From positions 1-44,793 of the IMG/VR virus record IMGVR_UViG_643348551_000008: a DNA stretch of 44,793 nt; one strand, written 5' to 3'. Below the pieces are notes generated by a model. It was not told the DNA's origin and did not search any database. It saw only the letters and a list, made by a program, of their open reading frames with translations. The stretch comes from a virus (lineage: Duplodnaviria; Heunggongvirae; Uroviricota; Caudoviricetes). Below are positions 1-10,636 of the stretch, piece by piece (the stretch's first letter is position 1; each line of letters starts with the position of its first letter). A program made the position numbers and the translations under genes.

Positions 1-339
1 TTAACTGCGTGACAGGGCCATTTTAAAAATCACTAAAGATCGCCCAAGAGCACTCGCTTTCTCTAGTGTATTCAATGCGTTAAAAAATAATATCATACGT
101 AATTCGGCAAAGTTCGTATGTGTTACAGTGTCCCAACCATGCCCCAAAATGTCCCAAAACAGACATTTCTGTCCCATACATGTCCCAAACAAATTCCACA
201 ATAGACAAGTAGTTTATTCATAAATTTACACGTAAAATCAATAATGGCTGGAAATCATTCAATACTCGCACTATCGAAAGTTATCCAGCCAACCGCAGCA
301 CGTCCTGCATACGTCGTGTCTGCGGCTTTTCTTTTTCGC

Positions 340-924
340 TTACATTGTGTCTGGTTCTTCCGGCCACTCAATATCAGGTGCAGTTGATGTATCAACACGG
401 TTCAGCAACACCCGATACTTCTTCCAGGCTTCCAGCAATGAGGTCTCTTCCTCCGTTGCGATTTCCAGATCTACAGCATCCTGAAGTGGCGCAATGTGCT
501 CACTGGCTACCTGCATCAGGCTGTTTTTTGTTTCTTCCGCCTCCCGGATCCGGAACAGTTTTTCTGCTTCTGCATCTTTCACCCAGGCTGTGCCGTTCCA
601 CTTCTGAAACTCCCCTTCCGGGGATAACCAGGTAACATTTTCCGGTAACGGACCGAGTTCAGAAATAAATAACGCGTCGCCGGAAGCCACATCATAAACC
701 GTTTTACCCCGATGATCTTCAACGAGATGCCACGATGACTCATCACTGTTGAAAACGGCCACAAAGCCAGCAGGAATATCTGGCGGTGCAATATCGGTAC
801 TGTTTGCTGGCAGACCTGTATGAGGCGGAACATATGCATTACCTTCACCAATAAATTCATTAGTTCCGGCCAGCAGATTATAAATTTTTATGGTCCGTGG
901 TTGTTCACTCATTCTGAATGCCAT
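340..924 (-). CDS. tfa: Tail fibre assembly protein (Tfa-like)
   Basis: 194-aa ORF, N-terminus [20 protein letters not shown] matches recalled lambda Tfa; immediately downstream of the tail fibre gene. Confidence 0.8.
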   Translation of the reverse strand: MAFRMSEQPRTIKIYNLLAGTNEFIGEGNAYVPPHTGLPANSTDIAPPDIPAGFVAVFNSDESSWHLVEDHRGKTVYDVASGDALFISELGPLPENVTWLSPEGEFQKWNGTAWVKDAEAEKLFRIREAEETKNSLMQVASEHIAPLQDAVDLEIATEEETSLLEAWKKYRVLLNRVDTSTAPDIEWPEEPDTM

Positions 925-3900
925 TATGCAAGCCTCACAATATAGTTAAATGCGATGTTTTTGACGGTGTTTTCCGCGTTACCAGCAGCGTTAACGGTGA
1001 TGGTGTGTCCATGTGAGCCAATCGCAACGGAGTGCGTATGAGCACCAATACCGACAGTATGTGCATGTGCGCCTGCGCTTGCAGCAGTGCCGGACAGCGA
1101 GTGGGTATGAGCACCATCTGATGATGTCTTCCCTGCATTACGAGTCTGGCCACTACCGCTTGTTGTGCTCATAATCCCCGCGCTTAGATTTGAAATCGCG
1201 GTATAACCATTAGGGAAAATGCTCGTGTTCGTGCCACCAAATGCACCGGAACTCTTGTGTTGGTGCGCACCGGCACTATTTGCAGTCCCGCTAACACTAT
1301 GGGTATGCGCCCCAGTGTTATTCGTGGATTTAGTGCCGTAATCAAACGACGATGTGGTTTTCGTACCCAAATCCGTACTGGATGCGCTGGCGCTGTGGGT
1401 GTGCGATTTAATGCCGTCCTGTTCCTGAGACAATACGGCCCGACCACTGGCAGGTTTGCCCTTAATCGTCCAGCCACGCATATCAGGGATCACGCCTGAC
1501 GGATAAGCGGCTGCAAGTTTCGGGTATGCAGATTTGTCAAAAGTCTGCCCCTGCATCAGGACATAACCAGACGGAACGGTATCTGATGGCCACGGGATTG
1601 GTGCACCGACTGGATAAAACTCTGCAGGAGGATGAGCCGAGGTGTAAAGCTGCGCCCACGGCGACCAGTTTGCGTCGGTCGTATCCCGTCGTGAACGAAT
1701 AAATGCCGGAGCATGAGCACCGCTTGTACCACTCCAGCCGATGAGTAACTCACCTTCGCCAACGGCTGTCATCCCTTTCAGGTGAATGATATTTCCATAC
1801 GTTGTTGGATATCCGTTGTTATACACCTCGTATAACTCAAGACCTGCTGCCCCCTGCGTATTGTCTGTCAGCGCGGCTACCCGACCTTTTGAAGCCAGAT
1901 TAACTGATGATACTGCTGTTCCACCTGACGGTAGCGCCCCGATCTCTGATGCCGTTGGCTTATTTCTGGAGTTATAGTCCCTTCGCCAGCCAGGTGAATA
2001 ATCTGTTCCGTGATTAATATAGGTAAACTGGGCGTTGGTTGTTCCGCCACCGCTGGATGTGGTCGGAGTGGTAATGCGGATCGTCATCGCTGACTTTATC
2101 CCCATTACTTCAATGACAGCTCCGGCGAGATGAATATTACCGCAGCCAGTATCAGTAATGATTTTATTATTGCCATAAGACCAGGAACCCTTGCACATCC
2201 AGTATGGATGGTTAAATGCTCCCTGAGAATCCAGCCACTCGATAAACTGTGCAGTCGTCCAGTTTCCTGTTGTTGTGCTTACTGACCCACCGAAGGCACG
2301 GCAGGCACCAATATTTTTCGTAAAGGTGTCTTTGCCAGGGATATCCGCACCGTTCTGATCTTTCTGCAGACGTTTCTCAGCATTGTCATTGGCTGCTTTT
2401 ACTGCCTTTGGCGTTGCCGCCAGCGTTTCAGACGTGCTGTTGGTCGCGCTGCTTAGCTGGATTATCCCTTTCTGTGCTGTCGTTGCATCCTGTGCGGTGT
2501 ATTTCCCGCTAGCCAGGTCATACGCGGCCTTAACGGCTTTTGGTGTTGCCGCCAGTGACTCGGAAGTGCTGTTAGTCGCACTACTGAGCTGTACTATCCC
2601 CTTTTTCGTCGTGCTCGCATCCTCAAGCGCCACGGCGGATGCAATATCCTCTGCCCGTTTTGCCGCTGTCTCAGCGCGCGTTGCTGCAGATTCCGCCGTA
2701 CTTTTGCTCTGAGCTGCTGCCTTCGCACTACCAGCAGCCTCTGTCGCCTTCGTGGATGCCGTCGTGGCGCTGCCCTTCGCTGCTGACGCCTGTCTGGTCG
2801 CCTCATCTTTTGAAGCAGACGCCGATGATGCCGATGACGCCGCCGAACTGGCGGACGATGCCGCTGCCGTTTTTGAGGATTCTGCACGGGTTTCCGACGC
2901 TTTCGCGTTCGTTTCGGATGTCTTCGCTGCGGAAGCTGACCTCGCTGCTGCCGTGGCCTGCTCAGTGGCTTCGCCAGCCTTCGTTGTGGCTGTTGAAGCG
3001 GATGATGCGGCGCTTTCTGCCGATTTTCCGGCGGCGGTGGCACTGGCTGAGGCCTGCCCGGCACTTGTTGACGCGGCACTGGCAGACGACGCAGCCGCTG
3101 TTTTTGAGCCTGCCGCAGCTGAGGCGCTCTGTCCCGCTGCCGTCTCAGAAGACCTGGCGTTCGTCTCGGACGTTTTTGCCGCCTTCGCGGAATTTCCTGC
3201 CGCCGTTGCCGAGGAAGCTGCGCTACTGGCGCTCAAGGATGCGTTCGTTTCTGATGATTTCGCTGCCTCTTTTGAGGCCGCCGCATCCCGGGCTGAGGTG
3301 GCAGCTTCTGACGCTTTCGTGGTCGCGGTGGATGCAGAAGTGGCGGCTGATTGTTCTGACGCTGCGGCATTCGTTTCTGACGTTTTCGCCGCACCGGCAC
3401 TGGTAGCTGCCACGCTTTTTGAGGACTCTGCAGCGGCAGCACTTTTTGAGGCTTCAGTGGCCTTTGTTGATGCCGTTCCTGCGCTGGAAGACGCTGACTG
3501 AGCCGACGAAGCGGCCTGTCCGGCTGACGTGCTGGCTGCACGTGCTGAATCTGCAGCATCAGTCGCATGGGTTGCCGCCTCACGGGCTGATGTGCTGGCA
3601 TCGCTGGCTGACTTCTTCGCGGCTGCCGTGTTCTGTGCCACCGCGGACGCGTTACGCGCCACCTCTTCCACCATCAGTTCAAAACGGCGCAGTGCCTCAG
3701 GACGGGCATCATCCTCCGTCATGGCACCGAGAAAATCATTCAGCGTACCGGGTCGGGAATCTTCATACACGGTGATGGTCCCGGCATGTGACGGCGGGAA
3801 TCCCTCCACCAACAGAATAACGCTGTACTGCCCGTACTCAACGTCCATGCTGTAACGCCCGGCTTCATCCGGATTTTCTGAGGCCAGCGTGTTCACCACC

Positions 3901-4004
3901 ACCGTGGTGCTGTTACGTTTTGCTTTCAGCTGGATTGTGCAGTTCTGTACCGGTTTTCCTGTGCCGTCTTTCAGTACACCTGAAATCTTTACTGCCATAT
4001 TCAC
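924..4004 (-). CDS. stf: Side tail fibre protein (Stf-like), 1026 aa, with long Ala/Ser/Thr-rich repeat region and His-rich C-terminal repeats
   Basis: Long ORF after lom; low-complexity AAS/TSETNA repeats and GAHTHS motifs typical of lambdoid side tail fibres; position J-lom-stf-tfa. Confidence 0.8.
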   Translation of the reverse strand: MNMAVKISGVLKDGTGKPVQNCTIQLKAKRNSTTVVVNTLASENPDEAGRYSMDVEYGQYSVILLVEGFPPSHAGTITVYEDSRPGTLNDFLGAMTEDDARPEALRRFELMVEEVARNASAVAQNTAAAKKSASDASTSAREAATHATDAADSARAASTSAGQAASSAQSASSSAGTASTKATEASKSAAAAESSKSVAATSAGAAKTSETNAAASEQSAATSASTATTKASEAATSARDAAASKEAAKSSETNASLSASSAASSATAAGNSAKAAKTSETNARSSETAAGQSASAAAGSKTAAASSASAASTSAGQASASATAAGKSAESAASSASTATTKAGEATEQATAAARSASAAKTSETNAKASETRAESSKTAAASSASSAASSASSASASKDEATRQASAAKGSATTASTKATEAAGSAKAAAQSKSTAESAATRAETAAKRAEDIASAVALEDASTTKKGIVQLSSATNSTSESLAATPKAVKAAYDLASGKYTAQDATTAQKGIIQLSSATNSTSETLAATPKAVKAANDNAEKRLQKDQNGADIPGKDTFTKNIGACRAFGGSVSTTTGNWTTAQFIEWLDSQGAFNHPYWMCKGSWSYGNNKIITDTGCGNIHLAGAVIEVMGIKSAMTIRITTPTTSSGGGTTNAQFTYINHGTDYSPGWRRDYNSRNKPTASEIGALPSGGTAVSSVNLASKGRVAALTDNTQGAAGLELYEVYNNGYPTTYGNIIHLKGMTAVGEGELLIGWSGTSGAHAPAFIRSRRDTTDANWSPWAQLYTSAHPPAEFYPVGAPIPWPSDTVPSGYVLMQGQTFDKSAYPKLAAAYPSGVIPDMRGWTIKGKPASGRAVLSQEQDGIKSHTHSASASSTDLGTKTTSSFDYGTKSTNNTGAHTHSVSGTANSAGAHQHKSSGAFGGTNTSIFPNGYTAISNLSAGIMSTTSGSGQTRNAGKTSSDGAHTHSLSGTAASAGAHAHTVGIGAHTHSVAIGSHGHTITVNAAGNAENTVKNIAFNYIVRLA

Positions 4005-4009
4005 CCCAC

Positions 4010-4035
4010 AAAAAAGCCCGCCTGAACCGGCGGGC
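4010..4035 (-). terminator. Intrinsic terminator downstream of lom
   Basis: GC stem gcccgcc/ggcgggc with 6-nt loop followed by a T-run on the minus strand (plus-strand A6 at 4010-4015). Confidence 0.65.
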
Positions 4036-4062
4036 TGTCATAACACTGTGTTACCTGGCTAA

Positions 4063-4662
4063 TCAGAATTTATAACCGACACCCACGATGAAACCGTCAG
4101 TGCGCCAGTCACCACTGCCGGAGCCTTCATAAGCAATATCAATGGCCACGGATTCGGTCGGGTTAAACTGCACGCCAGCCCCCCACGCCAGAGACGTGTT
4201 GCTGTGGCGACCGTCATCACTTCCGGTCAGCACATCGTGCTTTTTCCCCTTGTTGTCAGTTACGCGAAGATAATCCCCGGAGAAAGTCGACACACGGCTG
4301 TAAGCTACACCCGCCATCGCATACGCGCTGAACCATTCATTCACGCGCACAGACGGCCCCGCCATTACGCTGAACCAGCGGTTACGAACGGAATCTTCAT
4401 GCCAGCGGGTATCGCTGTAACGGGTCAGCTGGCGATTCTTGTCTCCTGCATAGCTGAATGACGTCACCAGCCCCAGTGTGTCCGTAAACTCATAACGGTA
4501 TTTCACGTTAATCCCGTTCAGATCATCGCTGCCGGGGACGTTCGTCGAGGCATGAAGATACCCCGCGCTCAGCGTGGACTGATGTTCAGACGCCCATGCA
4601 GGCGCACCGGATACGGCCAGACAAATGGCTGCGGACAAAATTGCTGCACAAACTTTACGCAT
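4063..4662 (-). CDS. lom: Outer membrane protein Lom (Ail/PagC/Lom family)
   Basis: 199-aa ORF with signal peptide and beta-barrel-like alternating pattern ending GVGYKF; conserved position after J. Confidence 0.85.
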   Translation of the reverse strand: MRKVCAAILSAAICLAVSGAPAWASEHQSTLSAGYLHASTNVPGSDDLNGINVKYRYEFTDTLGLVTSFSYAGDKNRQLTRYSDTRWHEDSVRNRWFSVMAGPSVRVNEWFSAYAMAGVAYSRVSTFSGDYLRVTDNKGKKHDVLTGSDDGRHSNTSLAWGAGVQFNPTESVAIDIAYEGSGSGDWRTDGFIVGVGYKF

Positions 4663-4684
4663 AATTACCTCTCGCTTTTCTGCA

Positions 4685-4717
4685 ATAAAAAAGGCGTCAT
4701 TCCTGACGCCCTTTATT
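4685..4717 (-). terminator. Bidirectional-looking intrinsic terminator between J and lom
   Basis: Stem ggcgtca/tgacgcc (4693-4710) flanked by an A-run on one side and TTTATT on the other. Confidence 0.6.
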
Positions 4718-4732
4718 GGGGTTATAAATATT

Positions 4733-7700
4733 TCAACGAATACTGATGCCGGAAGCGGCTTTTTTGGTCACAATCACCGTACAGTCGGTGATATTGCCTG
4801 CCCCCTGATTGCCTTTCTGGAAAATCTTAAACTCCAGAGTGACGCTTCCCCTGCCACTCGGCATATCAATAACTGCACTGTAACTACCGGGAATGGCCCC
4901 TTTAGTTTCTCTGGATGCGATTAATACGCCGTTTTTGCGAACTTCAAAACCATAACCCGTGTATCGCGTGCCTCCTGGGTTATTTCCGCTCCCCGGATCG
5001 TCATACGCTATACCGTTAAAAATAATGGGCGGAATAATAATCTGGCGGTCAAAGTTATGATCATCGCTGATGGTGACTGTAACCGTACCGTTTGGTGTTT
5101 CCGTGTTACCCCACGTACCGACTTTTTTCGGGAAGGCTTTTGATACAGCTTTAACGAAATCTCCTCTGACCTGGGTCGCCTCCAGCATGCCCTTAATCGT
5201 ACAGTTCTGGTTAATCGTGACATTGTTGAGCGTTCCTGAGTTCGCATTCACACTGCCACTGATATCCGCATTTTTCGCCGTCAGTCTCCCGTCTGATGTC
5301 AGGGAAAATGCCGGAGGATTACCGCCGCTGGTAATGGTGGGGGCCGTCAGGCGTTTCAGGAACACTTCATTCATGAATATCTGATCGCCCTGACCAACAA
5401 ACATCGGCTTTGTGTTGCCATTCGCAGGATTAATCATCGCAATCCTGTCTGCTGCCAGCAGCACCTGACTCTGCATGCCGTCAGGGGTGTTCTCAATACC
5501 GGCACCGATACCCGCAATATAAAGGCGTCCGTCCTGCATCTGCTGCAGCTTCACTGCCCACATGCTGTTCAGGTTATTATTTGTATCAACCTGAACCTTC
5601 TGTATCTGCTGGATCGCTGCACTCTGGTCTTCCAGTTTCTTATTGACGGTCTGTGTTATTTCATTGCTGACATCCGTTATGGACGTCCTGATTTCAGTCA
5701 GGTCAGGCGCAAGCTGACCGTTATCAATCTGCGTCCACAGCTCCTGAGCCAGATGGGTTTTCCCTATCTCGCCTTTGAAAAAATCCAGATAGCCTGATGC
5801 ATCATCACTCGGCTGACCGACAGCCTCCACGAATACCGATTTGCCAACGGTGTTCACACTGCGAACGTAAAAATAATAATCATGGCCCGGTTTGATATTG
5901 ATACTGGCGGCTATCCAGTACAGTGCCGTACCAAGATAACGCGCGCTGGTTTCAACCTGCCTGATATCCGCAATCCGTTTTTCCGAGAACCAGAACTCAA
6001 ACTGTACCGTCGGGTCATAAACCGCAAGATGCGGCGTGGCGGTTATCTGAAAATAGCCCGGTGTCAGCTCAATCCGAGACGGCGCTGCCGGTGCGGCAAT
6101 CCGGAACGATACCGATGCCGGATCGCCCTGCTGTCCCCACGCATTTACCGCCCGGACTGTCAGCCTGTAGTTCCCCAACGCCAGTTGTGTGAAGCGGTAT
6201 GTGGTTTCCGTCGTCCGGACCGTGCTGACCAGCCGCTCACTGCCGTCATCCGCTGTTACGGTCAGACGGAGCAGGAAGCTCACGCCCTTCACCACCTTCG
6301 GCGTGTCCCAGCGGGCCAGTACCTGATACTCCCCGCAGTCTGCAGTGACTTCGGCGGTCAGATGCTGCACTGCTGGCGGCGTGACACCATTCACCGTGCC
6401 GCTCTGGTCACCGTCAAAGTGCGCCCCGTTATCCACGATGGCCTCTTTCTCCGGCACATGCTGCACGGCAGTGATGGCATACGTGCCGTCGTCGTTCTCA
6501 CGGATACTCACGCAGCGGAACAGGCGCTGGCGCAGCGTCGGCAGCTTAAGCCCCCACACGCTGTATTCAGCAACACCGTCAGGAACCCGGCTCACTTTTA
6601 CCTTCACGCCGTCGGTGACGGACTGGACCTCCACGCTGACCGGATTGCCACTTCCGTCAACCAGGCTTATCAGCGTAGTACCGGAGGATGGCAGCGTGAT
6701 TTCACGGTCGAGCGTCAGCGTCCGGGTCTGGCTGTTCACCGCCAGCACGCGCCCGCCGATGCTGATACCGGCATAGTCATCATCGCAGATTTCAATGACA
6801 TCGCCCGGTACATGGCGAAGCCCTTCGGCACCCACGCTGAAGTCCACGGTCTGCGTTTCCAGCAGTTCTGTTTTAATCAGCCACAGCCCGGCGCGATGTG
6901 CCTGCCCCCGGCTGGTACAGCCAAAAGCATCCATCTTCGTGACGTTACGACCATAACGGGCAATGGCCTGCGTATCTTCAACAAGCTCTGTCGCCGTCTC
7001 CCAGCCGTTGTTCGGGTCAATCCAGTTCACCTCAACGGCATTATGGCGGTCCTTCAGGGCGCTGAAGCTGTAGCGGAACGGCGCGCCATTATCCGGCATC
7101 ACCACATTACTGCGGTTATAGGTCCACACCTTATCTGATGGTCGGTCCTGCACGAACGTCAGCGTCTGCCCGTTCCATACCGGCATACAGCGCATCGCCG
7201 AGCAGAAATCACTGAGCACATCCCACGCCTTGCGCTGTGTGGTCAGGTACGCATTACAGGTGATGCGCGGCTCCGTGCCGCCAAAGCCGTCCGGCACTGA
7301 CTGGTCGCAGTACTGGCCGATGACATACAGCACCCATTTGTCCACATCCGCCGCACCAAGACGTTTCCCCATGCCGTAGCGTGGATGGGTCAGCATATCC
7401 CACAGACACCAGGCCATGTTATTGCTGTATGCTGGCTTAAACGTTCCGTCCCAGATACCGCTGTATTGCCGCGTCTGCGGGTTATAGTTCGACGGCACCT
7501 GCAGAATACGCCCGCGCAGATGATAATTACGGCTCACCTGCTGGCTGCCGAACTGCTCCGAATCCACCTGTACGCCGACCAGTGCCGTGTTCGGGTAGCA
7601 CTGTTTCACATCGATGATTTCGGTGTATGACGACCAGAGCGTTTTGTTCTGCAGCTGGTCTGTGGTGCTGTCCGGCGTCATCCTGCGCATCCGTATACTG

Positions 7701-8230
7701 AACGGGCGCGGCGGCAGGTTACCCACCACCACCGAGGCCAGATACTGCGAGGTGGTTTTGCCCTTAATGGTGATGTCTTTTTCCGTCACCCAGCCACCAT
7801 TACGCTGGATCTGAACCAGCAGGCGGACTTCCGACGGATTCCGGTCCCCCTTTGAGGTGGTTTCCACCAGTGCCTGCACGCCGAAGGTAAAGCGCAGACG
7901 GTCGATGTTTGCAGACGTAATGGTGCGGGTGATCGGCGTGTCATATTTCACTTCCGTACCCAGCGCCGTCTCGGAGCCGGAGGATTCAAACCCCTCCGGC
8001 GGTGTCTGCTCCTGCTCACCGGCACGGAACACCACCGTGACACCGGAGATGTTGGTATTCCCCTCAGTGTCCAGCACCGGCGTACTGTTCAGCAGCACGC
8101 TTTTTAATCCATCCACCGGACCTTCAACCGGCCCTTCGCTGATGGCATCGATCACACTCAGCAGCTGCGTGGACTTCAGGTTGTCCTTCGCTTCGCGCGG
8201 GGTATGCCCCTTACTGCTGCCTTTACCCAT
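4733..8230 (-). CDS. J: Tail tip host-specificity protein J (1165 aa); C-terminal ~280 aa diverge from recalled lambda J
   Basis: N-terminal and central sequence matches recalled lambda J; follows I. Confidence 0.9.
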   Translation of the reverse strand: MGKGSSKGHTPREAKDNLKSTQLLSVIDAISEGPVEGPVDGLKSVLLNSTPVLDTEGNTNISGVTVVFRAGEQEQTPPEGFESSGSETALGTEVKYDTPITRTITSANIDRLRFTFGVQALVETTSKGDRNPSEVRLLVQIQRNGGWVTEKDITIKGKTTSQYLASVVVGNLPPRPFSIRMRRMTPDSTTDQLQNKTLWSSYTEIIDVKQCYPNTALVGVQVDSEQFGSQQVSRNYHLRGRILQVPSNYNPQTRQYSGIWDGTFKPAYSNNMAWCLWDMLTHPRYGMGKRLGAADVDKWVLYVIGQYCDQSVPDGFGGTEPRITCNAYLTTQRKAWDVLSDFCSAMRCMPVWNGQTLTFVQDRPSDKVWTYNRSNVVMPDNGAPFRYSFSALKDRHNAVEVNWIDPNNGWETATELVEDTQAIARYGRNVTKMDAFGCTSRGQAHRAGLWLIKTELLETQTVDFSVGAEGLRHVPGDVIEICDDDYAGISIGGRVLAVNSQTRTLTLDREITLPSSGTTLISLVDGSGNPVSVEVQSVTDGVKVKVSRVPDGVAEYSVWGLKLPTLRQRLFRCVSIRENDDGTYAITAVQHVPEKEAIVDNGAHFDGDQSGTVNGVTPPAVQHLTAEVTADCGEYQVLARWDTPKVVKGVSFLLRLTVTADDGSERLVSTVRTTETTYRFTQLALGNYRLTVRAVNAWGQQGDPASVSFRIAAPAAPSRIELTPGYFQITATPHLAVYDPTVQFEFWFSEKRIADIRQVETSARYLGTALYWIAASINIKPGHDYYFYVRSVNTVGKSVFVEAVGQPSDDASGYLDFFKGEIGKTHLAQELWTQIDNGQLAPDLTEIRTSITDVSNEITQTVNKKLEDQSAAIQQIQKVQVDTNNNLNSMWAVKLQQMQDGRLYIAGIGAGIENTPDGMQSQVLLAADRIAMINPANGNTKPMFVGQGDQIFMNEVFLKRLTAPTITSGGNPPAFSLTSDGRLTAKNADISGSVNANSGTLNNVTINQNCTIKGMLEATQVRGDFVKAVSKAFPKKVGTWGNTETPNGTVTVTISDDHNFDRQIIIPPIIFNGIAYDDPGSGNNPGGTRYTGYGFEVRKNGVLIASRETKGAIPGSYSAVIDMPSGRGSVTLEFKIFQKGNQGAGNITDCTVIVTKKAASGISIR

Positions 8231-8290
8231 TCCTCACGCTCCATAAATGACAAAACCGCCCGCAGGCGGTTTCACATAAAACATTTTGCA

Positions 8291-8962
8291 TCAGCGACCA
8301 ATCACCACAACCTGACCACCGTCCCCTTCGTCTGCCGTGCTGATCTCCTGAGAAACCACGCGTGACCCCACGCGCATTTCCCCGTACAGAACAGGCAGAA
8401 CATTGCCCTGGGCAACCATGTTATCCAGTGAGGAGAAATAGGTGTTCTGCTTACCGTTATCCGTTGTCTGTGTACGGGGAGTTCTGGCTTTCGGTGCCAG
8501 CATCTGCGCCACACCACCGAGCACCATACTGGCACCGAGAGAAAACAGGATGCCGGTCATACCACCGGCCCCAATGGCTGCCCCCCATGCTGCAAGGGTG
8601 GCTCCGGCGGTAAAGAATGATCCGGCAATGGCGGCAGCCCCCAGGACAATCTGGAATACGCCACCTGACTTGGCCCCGGCGACTCTGGGAACAATATGAA
8701 TCACAGCGCCATCAGGCAGAGTCTCATGTAACTGCGCCGTTAACCCGGACGTGCTGACGTCCCGCCCGGCAATCCGTACCTGATACCAGCCGTCGCTCAG
8801 TTTCTGACGAAACGCCGGGAGCTGTGTGGCCAGTGCCCGGATGGCTTCAGCCCCCGTTTTCACACGAAGGTCGATGCGGCGACCAAATCGTTGTAAATCC
8901 CCGTAAAGGCAGATGCGCGCCATGCCCGGTGACGCCAGAGGGAGTGTGTGCGTCGCTGCCAT
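8291..8962 (-). CDS. I: Tail assembly protein I
   Basis: 223-aa ORF, Gly/Ala-rich C-terminal half; overlaps 3' end of K as in lambda. Confidence 0.85.
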   Translation of the reverse strand: MAATHTLPLASPGMARICLYGDLQRFGRRIDLRVKTGAEAIRALATQLPAFRQKLSDGWYQVRIAGRDVSTSGLTAQLHETLPDGAVIHIVPRVAGAKSGGVFQIVLGAAAIAGSFFTAGATLAAWGAAIGAGGMTGILFSLGASMVLGGVAQMLAPKARTPRTQTTDNGKQNTYFSSLDNMVAQGNVLPVLYGEMRVGSRVVSQEISTADEGDGGQVVVIGR

Positions 8963-9459
8963 TTGTCGGTGTACCTCTCTCGTTTGCTCAGTTGTTCAGG
9001 AATATGGTGCAGCAGCTCGCCGTCGCCGCAGTAAATTGCGGCGTGATTCGGCACTGATGAACCAAAACAGCACAGCAGCACATCGCCCGGCTGTGCCGCT
9101 GACAACGGCACCTGATACAGCCCTGTGGCCTCCAGATTATCCAGATAGAGATTCTGGCCGTTACGCCACCAGTCATCCTCACGATGAAAGTCCGGCATCT
9201 CAATCCCCGCCAGATGATAAGCATCCCGGAACAGTGTGTAACAGTCCGTCACACCGTGCTCAAAGCGCCGCCCGGTGAGATACGGCACACAGCGGAACTT
9301 ATGAATCGTCCCCCGGCAGACCAGCCACCACGGCAAATCACTCTGCACCTGCAGCCGCCGGTCGGCCTCACTCAGCCAGGGCAGACCACCGGGGTGGCTG
9401 TGGACCAGCGCCACAATCTCACCCTGCATTTCTGCCTGCAGCCAGTCTTCCGGCGACAT
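8860..9459 (-). CDS. K: Tail assembly protein K (NlpC/P60-like), start set at internal Met (MSPEDWLQ)
   Basis: Track ORF 8860-9612 trimmed to 199 aa; 103-nt overlap with I matches the lambda arrangement. Confidence 0.75.
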   Translation of the reverse strand: MSPEDWLQAEMQGEIVALVHSHPGGLPWLSEADRRLQVQSDLPWWLVCRGTIHKFRCVPYLTGRRFEHGVTDCYTLFRDAYHLAGIEMPDFHREDDWWRNGQNLYLDNLEATGLYQVPLSAAQPGDVLLCCFGSSVPNHAAIYCGDGELLHHIPEQLSKRERYTDKWQRRTHSLWRHRAWRASAFTGIYNDLVAASTFV

Positions 9460-9608
9460 ACGGAAATACGCCTCCGGCTCACCGGAGATATTCACGCAGG
9501 GAAAATATCTTTCCCCCTCCGGTGTTCTCACCACGAAGCCGCACGACTCTGCTGGCGCACATCGCCGGGCGTGCGCCAGAATCGCTGATTCTGTCTCTGT
9601 CATGGGAT

Positions 9609-10307
9609 TCACTGCGAAAGTTTGTTAATGGAAAGGAAGCCGCCAAAGTTGCCGACGTTATTGCGAAACTTACAGCCGCTCAGGCATTTGCTGCATTTAT
9701 CCTTCGTGATATCGGACGTTGGCTGGTCATATTCATCCGCGACAGCCGGACCGCTATAACCGCACTCGTCACCGCGATAGGTCCAGGTGCAGGTGTTGGC
9801 CAGCATGATACGTCCCGGAAAAACAGCGCCATCCGTTTCCGTCGGCGTGGACAGTACAAAGGAGGCACTCACCGCGCTCAGTTCGCTGCACTGCTCAATG
9901 CGCCAGCGGCTGATCACCTCCTGCTCCGGATCGGCGTCACTGTTTCCGTTGACGAAGTTCACCGCATCCAGAAAACGGGCGTAAACCTTACGCCGGACCA
10001 CCGTTCCGCCGACCAGACTCTGTAGATCTTCCGCCATCCCGGTGACCATACCGTACAGGTTAGAAACCATCAGCGTGGGGCGCGTACTGGTGCCTTTGCC
10101 ATTCAGTTCAAAACCACTCCCCTGAATGGGATACGGCTGATACTGTCGCCCCTGCCAGGTGACCGGCTCACCTTTTTCGTTCTGCTCATTACAGAAAAAA
10201 TAACGTTCTCCACCGACCTCTGTCAGATCGATTTCCCAGAGCACCACGCTGGCCGACTGCTCCGCACGGGTGCATTCATTCAGTGTTTCCTGCCGGATAT
10301 CCTGCAT
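9609..10307 (-). CDS. L: Minor tail protein L
   Basis: 232-aa ORF with C-terminal Cys cluster; synteny M-L-K. Confidence 0.85.
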   Translation of the reverse strand: MQDIRQETLNECTRAEQSASVVLWEIDLTEVGGERYFFCNEQNEKGEPVTWQGRQYQPYPIQGSGFELNGKGTSTRPTLMVSNLYGMVTGMAEDLQSLVGGTVVRRKVYARFLDAVNFVNGNSDADPEQEVISRWRIEQCSELSAVSASFVLSTPTETDGAVFPGRIMLANTCTWTYRGDECGYSGPAVADEYDQPTSDITKDKCSKCLSGCKFRNNVGNFGGFLSINKLSQ

Positions 10308-10636
10308 CAGTTCACCACCTGTTCAAACTCTGCGCTGAACTCAACACGCAGCATACTGACCCGCGACGACCATTTTGCGCAGGTCACCTTTATCTGCCGC
10401 CACTCATAAGGCGGCGTCCACAGAAAGGCTTTCCAGCCCCCGTGCTCAGCCAGAAACGACTCCAGCGCCGTGGCCTCCCAACGGGGAACAGAAAGCGTCA
10501 CGCTGTACGTTTTCAGGTCGGCATTCAGCCCGGCAGGCGCTCGCTGGGAATAGCCATCACCAAAGCGCACTTTCCTGACGGAAGGGGCCGAAGCCACATC
10601 CATACCGGGTTTCACTTTCCAGCGGAAGGTCTTCAT
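10307..10636 (-). CDS. M: Minor tail protein M
   Basis: 109-aa ORF, synteny between H and L. Confidence 0.85.
   Translation of the reverse strand: MKTFRWKVKPGMDVASAPSVRKVRFGDGYSQRAPAGLNADLKTYSVTLSVPRWEATALESFLAEHGGWKAFLWTPPYEWRQIKVTCAKWSSRVSMLRVEFSAEFEQVVN

Noticed and set aside
1-201. 66-aa minus-strand ORF at the left edge
   Set aside because: No SD or domain, and it spans the GTCCCA repeat region; more likely non-coding junction sequence.
2383-3855. Several long plus-strand and alternative-frame ORFs (109-255 aa) inside the tail fibre gene
   Set aside because: They are low-complexity Ala/Arg/Pro-rich translations of the repeat region in the wrong frame or strand, fully embedded in the well-supported stf ORF.
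5882-7138. 418-aa plus-strand ORF antisense to J
   Set aside because: Embedded antisense in a strongly supported lambda-like J gene; Arg/Cys-rich composition typical of spurious frames.
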